From Amphiscolops sp. MND2022 (lineage: Eukaryota): a stretch of 64,000 nucleotides of DNA. The DNA lies in assembly GCA_964187785.1 (NCBI GenBank), contig OZ076409.1:39930001-39994000 (forward strand), given 5' to 3'. A program made the position numbers and the translations under genes. Positions 36,573-48,679 of this stretch are shown here, piece after piece (positions within the stretch are counted from its first letter, which is position 1; each line of letters begins with the position of its first letter). The notes beneath the pieces were generated by a model that saw only the letters and a program-made list of their open reading frames with translations, made no database searches and was not told the origin of the DNA.

Positions 36573-36590
36573 GCCCACCCAGGAGCGCCA
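36573..36590 (-). promoter_or_regulatory. Primer-binding site TGGCGCTCCTGGGTGGGC, tRNA-Asn-like
   Basis: Begins one base after the 5' LTR. Its complement GCCCACCCAGGAGCGCCA resembles the 3' end of metazoan tRNA-Asn(GUU). Confidence 0.8.
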
Positions 36591-36591
36591 A

Positions 36592-39500
36592 TGTAAGATT
36601 TTTAGTTTTCCAGTAGCTTTAACTATTTGTTGAGAATAGCTCCACTACAACTCAATTAAACCCGTAGGTACCATGCACGAGACAAGGACTGGCTGAGTAT
36701 CTACATAAATTTTTATTAACTCCGAAGAAGAGACGAATCAACTTAATCGAAGGCGGTGGGGGTAAGTGTGACAAGGAAATCACGATCTTTACAACTTTGC
36801 TATTTTTCCCTCTTTCAGGGGTTTGTCTCGCTACTCTTAGGCTGTTAAAAATTATCTTTCCGCTGATGAAAAGAAGCAGGTTGAACTTTAATTACTATAC
36901 ATCAAATAAATAAGTCGAGTAATAGACACAAATACAATTTCACATCCACGAATAATAGAATGAATAATATGATAACATCGATAATAGCGGAGAATATTAC
37001 TGAGTATTTTAGCAGGCATATTAGGAGGCATATAACACAAGAGAACAGTAAACAAGAATTTCAGCAAGGTTAAGTTTTTTTTGTATCCGTAAGGATGGGG
37101 GTGATATCGAAGATATCGGAAGAATCAACTCGCCGCAAAATCTCTATCGGTCTTGGAGTGAAAAACAATAATCCGTGTATTATCAGCCCACTTAGGCTTA
37201 AACCGTGTATTATCAGCCCACTTAGGCTCAACCGTGTATTATCAGCCCACTTAGGCTCAACAGTGTATTATCAGCCCACTCAGGCTCTTTTACATGTAAT
37301 ACGATAGACCAGCAGTCCACCCTACTCCCGGGTCGAAATCCGTACTAGCGAAAAGCGGGGTAGCAACAAATCAGGCAACTTCAGGTTGTTAGGCTGAAGG
37401 CACGGGCTAACCGGCCAGACGAAGTAAATCTGCAATTTCGATAGTCCGGCGTCTGATGCGGGATGCTATCGGACGCAAAGCAGCAAACCGTTCTCTAGAT
37501 TTCAACTCACTTTGTGTGTCGCAAAAATGGCGCACACTTCGGCCCAAGTTACTTTTTCGGCAGTTTAGTCATATCATTATTCATAGTTCATCATCTTTCC
37601 TTTTTCGGGTTCTGACTAAGTGTTGAGCAATACAGTTTTTTCCTACTTCGGTACTGAAAGTTCATTAGAAGTACTTTTTCTCAGCACGAGTCGGTCCTAG
37701 TTCCACCTCCTTGTCAATCATGACTGATGGTTTTACTTCGTTTTCAATAGAATTTAAGGGGTGGTGCTACTGACTCAGTGTTTCCCACTTTTGTAAGCAC
37801 GACTTGAACTTCGGCATACTGATTGACATTTGCACTATTTGCCAGGTCTCTTTTTCTCACGCGGTTCCTGACAACTCTCTTCAACTAAAAATGGCTGAAG
37901 GAAACAATTTTCTACAATTTACAATGACCGAAAAGGCGATTTCAATTCATATCAAAAAAAGTCGATTTTCGTGTTACAACTTCTAAGGGCAAAAACAAGG
38001 TGTTCCGATCACGGGTAGCAAAAACCAAGTACACCATTCAAAAGTACAATTCAAGGGCTACAAAAGCTTACTCCATGGTTTTCTTTCTATTTCAACTCCT
38101 TCACAGTGAAAAACGCCTTTAAAGTTTGGAAGTCAAAAATCACCCATCGGTTTTCACGCAAATCTCAACTTTGGAGTGCTAGTACTCAGTCAATTTGAAA
38201 GATACAGGCTGGGGGCTTATATACATCGTTAGCCCAAGCCATGAGGAGTATTTTGCACTTTAGATGAGGTCTCTATCTTTTCTCAACAAAATTTGATAGT
38301 ACTTTTTCTGAAAGTAGTCATTTTCCCGGTTTTTATGTCTGGACTTTCAACTTTGGAGGTCAATATCTCGAAACCAGGGCATTGTTCGGAAAAACGCTTC
38401 TGCTAAACGCTGTGCGCCTGGGTCTTGTGCGTCTACCCTGAAAGTTTCAGCTCGATATTGCCCAAAACGTGCGGGGGGGGGGTTAGCATTTTGGTAGGTC
38501 GACATGCCTATCGGCAGAGAGAAATCACCACTTTAAATTCTTTGGGGTTCTTCGCTAGCGCACCGCAGCACTCTATTTATTATTCTATTCACTCCTCCAC
38601 TTCAATTCTCAAGTACGCTGTGAAGGGGGCGGCTATTGTGCGCTTACACGTTGAGTACTAAGCGATAACATGCGAAAAACGGCTTTTTAGGCCATTTTAG
38701 GGCTGTTTTTAACGTTTGCTGGCTCAGTTCTCAAAAACTACTGAATATTATTTATTTTCCAATTAACACAAGTTAGGGCATCCATTTATCTTTAATTTAA
38801 GCCATATCCGAACATTTTCTGGCAACTGTAGCGATCACACGAAATTTTTAAAGGAAACTCAATTTTGGAAAATCGTCAAAATTTTATATGCACTTATTTT
38901 CAAAGCTTCCCCCCGATATGTTCCCGGGGTCGCACAACGCTCATACTCTCAACTTAAGCTTTCCTTTGGATGGGCTGTCGAATGCTGAAAACCGTTTGTT
39001 GATATCTTTTTCCAACTTCGAGAAATCGCGTTTTGATTTTTAGTTTGCATTAATAGAGGGGGTAATTCCAAAGTGTGCGGCGGCCGTTTTCTTATTAGCT
39101 ACGCGTACAGCCACTCACAGCACGTTCTAATTTTCATTCCTTTCGCTTTCTGCCACGCGTAGCTGAGTTGTATTCTATGCTGTTCACGCACACAGCGGAG
39201 TTTTCACTCTCGCCTACCCTCAAACACATGTATTAACATAGTAATTTGACTAAATTTCTATTCACAGTATTTTATGACTTCTAATGCTTTTTCTGTGGAA
39301 ATTCGTTACTGAAAAGTTCCTAAATGTTTACTCAACACGTAGTCAGGTCAGAAAGGAACATTTTGGTGGTTTAATTTTTCTTATATTCGCAATAGGTATC
39401 GAGAAAATCAATGTTAAAGTTTCGTTCCGATTAGAATTTTCTTACATAGGTTTAGGTGGTGGCGGCCGTCTTACTGCATTAATACGTTGTGCGGCCGCTT

Positions 39501-39701
39501 CATAGCAGCTAAGAATGGTTATTTTGGTTGTCCGCGGAACTAGAGACGATATTATTGACATTAAATAATAGTGCGAGGTACTTGAAGTACTTAGTGTAAT
39601 CTTTACTTTTATACGATATCACCCCGTAAAATCTACCTTGCTGATGAACTAAAATTTAATAAACACCAAATCATGAGCGAAAAGTAAAAAAAAATCCTAC
39701 A
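36592..39701 (-). repeat. 5' LTR (3110 bp)
   Basis: Near-identical to 25578-28771. Confidence 0.97.
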
Positions 39702-40369
39702 CCTAGTGCCCTAAATGCAGGAGCGAAGCGAAGCGGAGCGACGTGCCATATGGCCATGCTTCAATGTTGCTACTTGGCGAAGAGAGCGAAGCGACCGAGC
39801 CATACAACAAATATGCTAACCTCTTCAAATAAATCAAGTTTCACATATTGGCTGTAACAGCACTCCTTTCATTGATTTGTGATTCTAAATTCCGATTGGT
39901 CAAACAATGAAGTTTTGATTAAATTGTCTGCTTTTTGAGTAGTCTGCTTATTAAACGGTCTGCTTGTTAGACTACTTCCGATTTACAAGCAGTCCAAAAG
40001 GAGCGAGCCTTTTGTAAAGAGTGGCCCTTCTGATGGAGAATGGATTTTCTAGAACCTTGTAACCTGATCGAGTGATCAAATCTTCGACAACTTTTCAAAG
40101 TTCATAGTATAACATTCTCGTCTTCATCATTTTAGTTTCTACAAACTTCACAGAAACCCATTTAGTCTCGCTTTCACTAGACTTACGTAGAACGAATTCC
40201 TGGAGAACCGCAAATACCTATTTTTGGGAGGATTTGTTGGGTGCAGGGAGAAAAAGAGAGGTCATAAGCAACCTTCAGCTAGGTAGCCCAAATGCTTAGA
40301 TTCAACAAACTTTGAAAGCTAACATGGAGTTTGATTTTTGTGATGATATATAGTATTTTTCAAAAGTGT

Positions 40370-42611
40370 TGTCACGACCCGCTCCCGGTCGTAATTTCTA
40401 TTGCTGCAGCGGAATACCAGGCTTTGGAAGAGGCCGAGGACAAGGCCGAGGTAAACTTTACTAAACTAATTTAATCTTAAACTAATCTAAAATTCTACTT
40501 ACAGTACAGCTAAATTGATTGCAGATATTTTTCCGAATACAGAATCTAACGTAAGCGTTACGGAATATTTTCAGAAATGACTCTAAACAAGCTAAAACTT
40601 CCGGTCTAATGTTTTCACACGCAACGCCGTTTTATTTCCGGTCTCATCTTCTGAATTTTCCATTTCGATCTAAATACTAAATAATCTTGTAAATGGGATC
40701 ATTTCTTCTGCTCCACACTGAAATGAAAACATTCAAAACAATATTCAACTCCGAGATCCCAACGGAGTCCATACAATCTAAAATGAAAGAACATACAGAA
40801 ATATGGTGGAAATGTATTCCAATATTAAAGTAGTTGTTAAATATCCACTTAATACCGCATCCAAGTGGTTTTAAGTAAATGTTTACAACGTTATGACAGC
40901 GTCACTCAACTAGGTTGGTAACGAGCGTTTCTATTTTTACGGACCAATAGCGTCGCTTGTTGACAGAATTATTTGTGCCGGTACTAGTTAGATTAAGCTT
41001 GGTTGCTAATAGCAACGCTTACTAGCTAAGAGAAAAGAATAGAACCGCCTACGCTTTCCGTTTCCACTCCGCTTGCTACTGCTGCTCAGCCAAGAGCAAT
41101 CTCAATGCGTACGGAACACTTACGGAACGGATTGTAAAATTGTATTCTGCTGCTCAGCTATAGGTAATCTTAATACGTAGCATCTACGGAGCGGATTGTA
41201 AAATCACAAATGAGAAATACTGCTTCAAACGAAATCCAAACGAAGCTTTTTAAATCGATGCTTTTGGAAGATTTAAGAGTTATGGTTTTTACACAAGGGA
41301 AACTGTACTGTAGGGAAGAATGATAGAAAATTGCAATGATGATTTTTACGTTCTGGTTTTTATGTTTTATACTATCATCATGATAAATCACTAAAAACAC
41401 GTTGACATTACGCCTTACTCAGTTCCTCATTAAGGGAACAAATCTACTCGATTTACTACAGCATTTAAAATATCTTAATGATAATCCTAATATGGGACGT
41501 AAGGTCAACGTCAATTCATCGGTTTCAAGTCAATAGTGATAGTAACATTTCTATGATAATGACAATCGAGCTAGTGACCAGACTTCGATCATGTTTTGAT
41601 AAATTTCATGATTATTGTGCAAAGTGTTGAAGTTGCTTTCCATTTATTATGAATATGTTGCGCTCATCTTTGTTGCATTACGTTAAAGTCCCGTTTGGGC
41701 TTAGTTTTGTGTTTGATGTAAATGATATAGCATACCATTAGTAGGTAATTCATATGTTTGAATTTGGGATTATAATTTCAGCATCGTTTGTTCCTTTATA
41801 CCAAATTTCTACGTTTTTCCTCCGCTTCCAAGTTGATTCAATCCGTCGCGATTACGTCGCCATTTTCGAGTGTCATTCTTTTGCTTCGAAATTTAACTTC
41901 CCAAGTTGAGAATTGACTAATTGTTCATGCCGGCGTGCCTACGCTGATGGAAATGCAAGCTAGACTTTTGTTTTACCGCAATTTTGAGACTCAAACAGGA
42001 AGTGAGATTGCATGAACAAAAATGATTTCAACAAATTTTACGGAACGCTGACGTAACTAGGAATTTTGATGCCTGTTTTTACGACGCGGGACTGAAATGA
42101 TATGAATCATTAGCGCTTTTTGTTGAACAAACCCAATTTTTGTGATACCTAGGAATTTTTGGGTGAGGAACAAATGATGCTGAGAAAGTATAAATATGTA
42201 ATACATACATGTAAACACACAGTTTTTGAATTGCCTTGTAACAATTAGTTCTGTTCCGTTACTATAACGTATCTAAAGATCTTTGAAGATTTCAACCTTT
42301 CCAAAGATACTTTCTCTCTCTCTCTCTCAATTAAAATGACAACTAGAAGCCAGAAAAGGAAAGCGGTAGCCGAGTTGGTCTCTGGTGATTTCGAAACCTC
42401 TGTAACCGAAAATTTTCCGCCTGAAGCTCTTGTAGCTAGTTCCAGCAAAATCCCTAGGATAGAATCTGAGGACTTAACTGAGATAAAAACGTCACTAAGA
42501 AAAGAAATTATGTCTGATCTGACTAAAATACTTGCAGAAAATCAAAAGGAAATGCTCAAGCTGATAGCACCTTTAAACAAAAAACAGACTGTCCATATGA
42601 ATACTCAAGAC
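40370..42611 (+). repeat. 5' LTR, truncated ~100 bp before its end
   Basis: Matches 46207-48448 up to CAAGAC, then diverges. Confidence 0.93.
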
Positions 42612-44800
42612 ACGGACTAAGGACGGACTTCCACCGACTACAGCCAAAGGCAATTTCCCAGACGGTAAACTACAGACGACTCGTGCCAAGGGCAGCAACT
42701 CTGGTTTTGGCACACGTTGCAGCAACGACTCACATCCGACACACACCTTCTTCAAATAGTTGTCTTCCCAGAAGAGAACGAAACAACGTTCTACCTCCGT
42801 ATCTTTTTCGTACTGCAAAGAATACTCCCGAAATTGCCCAATGTTCTTGAACATCACACGCAGCACTCGGGGAACAAGGCCTTGACACAACACGGACTGA
42901 AACAAACACCCAAATCAAAAGAAGAAGGAAGAGAAAATAAAAAACAACACCGGAGAACGAACCCCACAACAGTACATCTTTGTGGTCACCTAACGGCTTA
43001 CAAGAAACGGAGCAAATACGACATAACAGAACATCACCCACTAAATGTACCAAACATACAAAATACTAACCACAGTCTCTGAACGACTCCACTGTAGAGA
43101 GAATTCCGGATCCCGACCGCCCAGAGACGCAAGGAAGTAGCCCCACAAACGACGAACCAACGTGAAATCACCGCCACTGCGTAACACGTCGCTCAAGCTT
43201 GAAACGAGAGTCATCAGTGGCACCTTTGAAGAAGTCTTTGAATGTTTGGGCAACATGTCCTCAGGGAAAGGAAACTCCCCGCCCAAATCCACGAAGGGCC
43301 GCGAAAGGAAGTCGTCCCTCTGACGGGCACTCAGCTCCATGGGCTCCATTAGCTTGTTGAACACAGGGAGACCCATGTGCACACGATATGTGACGTCCTG
43401 CTCCCAGTGTTTCTTTGACTCAAAATGACGAACAAACTCAGCTGACCCTTTTGAGCCCATCTTTACGTCTCTTCTGCAAATACGACAATAGAAGAGCTTG
43501 GCACTTCCACACTCCGAACCCGTCACGAAATCAGCAAATAACGGATTCAGGGATAACATCCGACGATGCAACAACTTCCGACTGCTGTACTTTTTCGTCT
43601 TCGGGCGCTCAAGGTGACTCTCCACTTTCTCAACGAGCTCGCTAAAGCCTACAATACGAACAAAACCAATCAAACAAATGTAGCACCCAAAACAAACGTC
43701 GCCGCAACGTACAACACACCATTCCAACAAGAGGCCAATCACAAATAAACAACTCACCTGTCTGTATCTGCCGAACAGTACGCTCCTCTACCGTCGAAGC
43801 CAACTGACGACCCAGCTGCATCACTTCGGGTGACACGGGAGTTGCCGAGAATGACACGTCTTCCGCCCCACTCCAACCACTCAAGGTAGCATCAACGTCT
43901 GCGGCCCGTGTTGTCCTTTTCAATTTCGGAGACGACTCCATGAATCTTACACTCGTCTTCCGGAATGGAAACACTTTCGAACCTACAACACAAGAGTGAT
44001 AAGAAATGGAAACAGAAACCAACAAGTTGAAAACCAGAGCCGCATGTATAAAAAAAAAAAAAACAACAACAACAACAACAAAAGAAACCAATCACACAAA
44101 CACACAACTTACAGACTGGCGTATCCTCTTCGTCTGCAGTCCTTTCTTCCCCTGTGGAGGTGGTAGCAGCCTCACCTTCATGAGGCTCCACACTGACATC
44201 GAAATCGCCCGGAACTACTTCGGACAAATCAGGAGGAACTGCTGGGGAAACATCAACGCCCGGAACTACTTCGGACAAACCAGGTGGAGCTGTAGAAGAA
44301 ACATCAACGCCCGGAACTACTTCGGACAAACCAGGTGGAGCTGTAGAAGAAACATCAACACCCGGAACTACTGAAGATCCAGTAGTAGGATTAGCAGGAA
44401 GCAATGTTGTCAAAACATCATTGATGGATTGCTCAGGAACCAACACTGAAGACACCGGAGGCAACTTCAAAGAAGTACCCAGCAAAGATAACCCCACGGA
44501 AGTAGCAGAGGTCCCACCCGTAGTGGTAGCGGAAACAACAGCCAAGGAAGTTCCAGGTTGAGTTACTGAAAATCAAGATCTGGTTCAGACGCGTCAGAGT
44601 TACGGGTAAGACTATAAAAGGCTGATCACCGAAACAAAAATAGTCCTATTACCCAAGAAGTCAGAAAGATTTTACCAACCTGAAGAAGTAACTATAACTT
44701 CCGTTTCCGAGGGATAAGCGTCGTCTTCAGTGAAGCAGAAGTTAGTCTCATGCCCACTGAGAAAACCAGAGACATCAGGAGGAACAGCGTTTTCACTCAT
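42573..44800 (-). CDS. Spliced antisense accessory gene, 3'-truncated at ~42612: Ser/Pro/acidic N-terminus, C2H2-type Zn finger, hAT-transposase-like region; exons 44800-44680, 44565-44113, 43982-43758, 43648-43071, 42896 to the junction
   Basis: Four GT-AG introns with pyrimidine-rich acceptors and compatible phases (1,1,1,0) give ~555 aa with no stop. Zn finger CRIC-x16-H-x5-H. Confidence 0.8.
44209..44372 (-). repeat. 51-bp in-frame coding tandem repeat x3 (VVPGVDVSSTAPPGLSE)
   Basis: Direct reading. Confidence 0.92.
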
Positions 44801-45395
44801 GGCCAAAGGGACAATAGCGATTACCAACGGAATCTAAAAAGGAAAAAGAAATCAACAAGATAGAAATCACGCCGAGTAAAAGTTGACACCCTAAAAGAAA
44901 TCATTAACGTCATCCCTACGTAGTTGGAAAAATCATCTAATCTTCAACTTCAGTGAAAGCCTATTATGGCAGTGACGGGAGAAAACGTTCCAAAAAGAAT
45001 ACAGATGAATAAAAGATTCATCAAGAAGCTCTGAAGGAAAGATATTATTTTGAAAATTACGGAATATGAACGTAGAATATTCGAGAAAAAATCAATGACG
45101 TCATTACGCCATCAAACGGAAAGAAGAAGAAAGATAAAATTAGAAGCTTTTCTGTGAAGTTTCAACCAATCACTGCGCAGATGAAAGAATTTCCTTTTCC
45201 GAACTCGGGACGCACCGGAACGAAAACGGAAAAACCGACCAATAGAATTTCGATAAAAATCACGAAGGAAAGAACTTTAAACGGTCATTTGTCGTCCAAT
45301 TCACATAAAAGCTTGACCAGCACATTTTTCTTAACGCACAATCTTTGCCAACAAGAAAAATTCTTGAAATAAACCTATCTGAAATTTTCAACAAA

Positions 45396-46301
45396 ATGAG
45401 CGGATACAGCTTGGTCATTGATATCTCTACTGATGAAGAAAACAATCGCACGAGTACTCCGCTGAAAACACTGCCCCTGAATACAATAGGAACGCTAAGT
45501 GACTCCTCAGTCGAAGTTTACCGTGGGAGTGACGCCGATTTAGAATCTACCTTTAGTTCCGATAGCTCCCCGAAGAAATGTGGGCCCACCCCCAAAAAGA
45601 AAAAGAAGTTCGGGCGAGTTACGTTCAACCTGCCGACAGCTAATTCGGACACAGATGACTACTACGAAGAACCACCTTCCCCGCAAGAACAGTACTCTTG
45701 GGCAGAAACCGCGTCCACTCCGAAGAGTAAAATTCCCTTGCTGGGAAATGAAAGAGTCCCGAATACGGTCAGGCTGAATGACTTAAATGAACCCCCGCTA
45801 GCAGATCTGGACGCCCTATACAACTTAGATTTAGAAGACCGTCAGTTCACCGCATCCGCCAGTCGTGGCCGTGGTCTGAAAGCAATGGAATGCCCCAGAC
45901 AGCCTTCATTCTCGCCCCGCAGTAAGGAAAACGCTCCCCCTACGGAGGGAAAAGGAAAATGCGACTGCACATTGAGCAACTCGAGCAAGCCAAATGGGCC
46001 ACCCGAATTTTGTCCTGCTGTGTGGGCACAAATAGAAAAGGAAAGTCGCGAAATGGAAGAAGAAGAAAAGCTCACGGCCAAAATGAAGGAGGGCAGAGGT
46101 CTTGCTCGCGGCAGACGACTACACAACGGGCGCCCCCCAATCATTATTCGAAAAGAAATCCCACACTGCAACGCTCTACCCTTGTCTTTCGGTTCAAGAG
46201 GGGCCCTGTCACGACCCGCTCCCGGTCGTAATTTCTATTGCTGCAGCGGAATACCAGGCTTTGGAAGAGGCCGAGGACAAGGCCGAGGTAAACTTTACTA
46301 A
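45396..46301 (+). CDS. Unknown low-complexity protein (301 aa from ATG) with NLS-like PKKKKK and RG-rich tail, ending inside the 3' LTR
   Basis: Long intact ORF with AAAATG start context; crosses the PPT/LTR boundary. Confidence 0.65.
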   Translation: MSGYSLVIDISTDEENNRTSTPLKTLPLNTIGTLSDSSVEVYRGSDADLESTFSSDSSPKKCGPTPKKKKKFGRVTFNLPTANSDTDDYYEEPPSPQEQYSWAETASTPKSKIPLLGNERVPNTVRLNDLNEPPLADLDALYNLDLEDRQFTASASRGRGLKAMECPRQPSFSPRSKENAPPTEGKGKCDCTLSNSSKPNGPPEFCPAVWAQIEKESREMEEEEKLTAKMKEGRGLARGRRLHNGRPPIIIRKEIPHCNALPLSFGSRGALSRPAPGRNFYCCSGIPGFGRGRGQGRGKLY

Positions 46302-48551
46302 ACTAATTTAATCTTAAACTAATCTAAAATTCTACTTACAGTACAGCTAAATTGATTGCAGATATTTTTCCGAATACAGAATCTAACGTAAGCGTTACGG
46401 AATATTTTCAGAAATGACTCTAAACAAGCTAAAACTTCCGGTCTAATGTTTTCACACGCAACGCCGTTTTATTTCCGGTCTCATCTTCTGAATTTTCCAT
46501 TTCGATCTAAATACTAAATAATCTTGTAAATGGGATCATTTCTTCTGCTCCACACTGAAATGAAAACATTCAAAACAATATTCAACTCCGAGATCCCAAC
46601 GGAGTCCATACAATCTAAAATGAAAGAACATACAGAAATATGGTGGAAATGTATTCCAATATTAAAGTAGTTGTTAAATATCCACTTAATACCGCATCCA
46701 AGTGGTTTTAAGTAAATGTTTACAACGTTATGACAGCGTCACTCAACTAGGTTGGTAACGAGCGTTTCTATTTTTACGGACCAATAGCGTCGCTTGTTGA
46801 CAGAATTATTTGTGCCGGTACTAGTTAGATTAAGCTTGGTTGCTAATAGCAACGCTTACTAGCTAAGAGAAAAGAATAGAACCGCCTACGCTTTCCGTTT
46901 CCACTCCGCTTGCTACTGCTGCTCAGCCAAGAGCAATCTCAATGCGTACGGAACACTTACGGAACGGATTGTAAAATTGTATTCTGCTGCTCAGCTATAG
47001 GTAATCTTAATACGTAGCATCTACGGAGCGGATTGTAAAATCACAAATGAGAAATACTGCTTCAAACGAAATCCAAACGAAGCTTTTTAAATCGATGCTT
47101 TTGGAAGATTTAAGAGTTATGGTTTTTACACAAGGGAAACTGTACTGTAGGGAAGAATGATAGAAAATTGCAATGATGATTTTTACGTTCTGGTTTTTAT
47201 GTTTTATACTATCATCATGATAAATCACTAAAAACACGTTGACATTACGCCTTACTCAGTTCCTCATTAAGGGAACAAATCTACTCGATTTACTACAGCA
47301 TTTAAAATATCTTAATGATAATCCTAATATGGGACGTAAGGTCAACGTCAATTCATCGGTTTCAAGTCAATAGTGATAGTAACATTTCTATGATAATGAC
47401 AATCGAGCTAGTGACCAGACTTCGATCATGTTTTGATAAATTTCATGATTATTGTGCAAAGTGTTGAAGTTGCTTTCCATTTATTATGAATATGTTGCGC
47501 TCATCTTTGTTGCATTACGTTAAAGTCCCGTTTGGGCTTAGTTTTGTGTTTGATGTAAATGATATAGCATACCATTAGTAGGTAATTCATATGTTTGAAT
47601 TTGGGATTATAATTTCAGCATCGTTTGTTCCTTTATACCAAATTTCTACGTTTTTCCTCCGCTTCCAAGTTGATTCAATCCGTCGCGATTACGTCGCCAT
47701 TTTCGAGTGTCATTCTTTTGCTTCGAAATTTAACTTCCCAAGTTGAGAATTGACTAATTGTTCATGCCGGCGTGCCTACGCTGATGGAAATGCAAGCTAG
47801 ACTTTTGTTTTACCGCAATTTTGAGACTCAAACAGGAAGTGAGATTGCATGAACAAAAATGATTTCAACAAATTTTACGGAACGCTGACGTAACTAGGAA
47901 TTTTGATGCCTGTTTTTACGACGCGGGACTGAAATGATATGAATCATTAGCGCTTTTTGTTGAACAAACCCAATTTTTGTGATACCTAGGAATTTTTGGG
48001 TGAGGAACAAATGATGCTGAGAAAGTATAAATATGTAATACATACATGTAAACACACAGTTTTTGAATTGCCTTGTAACAATTAGTTCTGTTCCGTTACT
48101 ATAACGTATCTAAAGATCTTTGAAGAATTCAACCTTTCCAAAGATACTTTCTCTCTCTCTCTCTCAATTAAAATGACAACTAGAAGCCAGAAAAGGAAAG
48201 CGGTAGCCGAGTTGGTCTCTGGTGATTTCGAAACCTCTGTAACCGAAAATTTTCCGCCTGAAGCTCTTGTAGCTAGTTCCAGCAAAATCCCTAGGATAGA
48301 ATCTGAGGACTTAACTGAGATAAAAACGTCACTAAGAAAAGAAATTATGTCTGATCTGACTAAAATACTTGCAGAAAATCAAAAGGAAATGCTCAAGCTG
48401 ATAGCACCTTTAAACAAAAAACAGACTGTCCATATGAATACTCAAGACTCGGACTCTGAACCTGAGAACGTCTCCGTAGCAAGAACGTCCACCCCCGTCA
48501 AAACCCACACTGCGACTAACTCTAAAACAACACCAGTAAATAGTCGTAACA
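46207..48551 (+). repeat. 3' LTR (2345 bp), complete
   Basis: TG...CA termini, followed by the TSD. Confidence 0.95.
48173..48551 (+). CDS. LTR-encoded N-terminal ORF (MTTRSQKRK...), probably the start of gag; second copy at 42336-42611
   Basis: ATG-initiated frame stays open to the last base of the LTR and contains a coiled-coil-like segment. The gag identity is an inference. Confidence 0.6.
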
Positions 48552-48679
48552 AGTGTATCAAACAAATTTGACCTTGCAGTGCTGTATAATCATAGTGAAA
48601 ATAATACTTGCTGCAAATTGGATTGGATCAGTACTACCTTTGGTTACCATAGTTTTTAAGCGTTTGTCGTTACTAGACA

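Larger units (their letters stand above)
25578..39701 (-). mobile_element. Full-length, apparently intact Ty3/Gypsy LTR retrotransposon
   Basis: TG...CA LTRs, 5-bp TSD cctag (25573-25577, 39702-39706), PBS, PPT, and uninterrupted gag and pol. Confidence 0.98.
25405..39979. mobile_element. Small Mutator-type MITE (~450 bp on its own) carrying cassette type 2, split by the 14-kb Gypsy
   Basis: 23-bp TIRs GGAGTGCGTCTAACAAGCAGACC / GGTCTGCTTGTTAGACTACTTCC; exact 9-bp TSD gatttacaa (25396-25404, 39980-39988). Confidence 0.9.
40370..48551 (+). mobile_element. Young LTR retrotransposon with ~2.35-kb LTRs; end of 5' LTR, PBS and gag-pol deleted; accessory genes retained
   Basis: Termini TGTCACGAC...GTCGTAACA, 5-bp TSD agtgt (40365-40369, 48552-48556), purine-rich AAGAGGGG just before the 3' LTR, almost identical LTRs. 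Confidence 0.92.

Noticed and set aside
45396..46301. env gene interpretation
   Set aside because: No signal peptide or transmembrane segment; the protein is hydrophilic and low-complexity.
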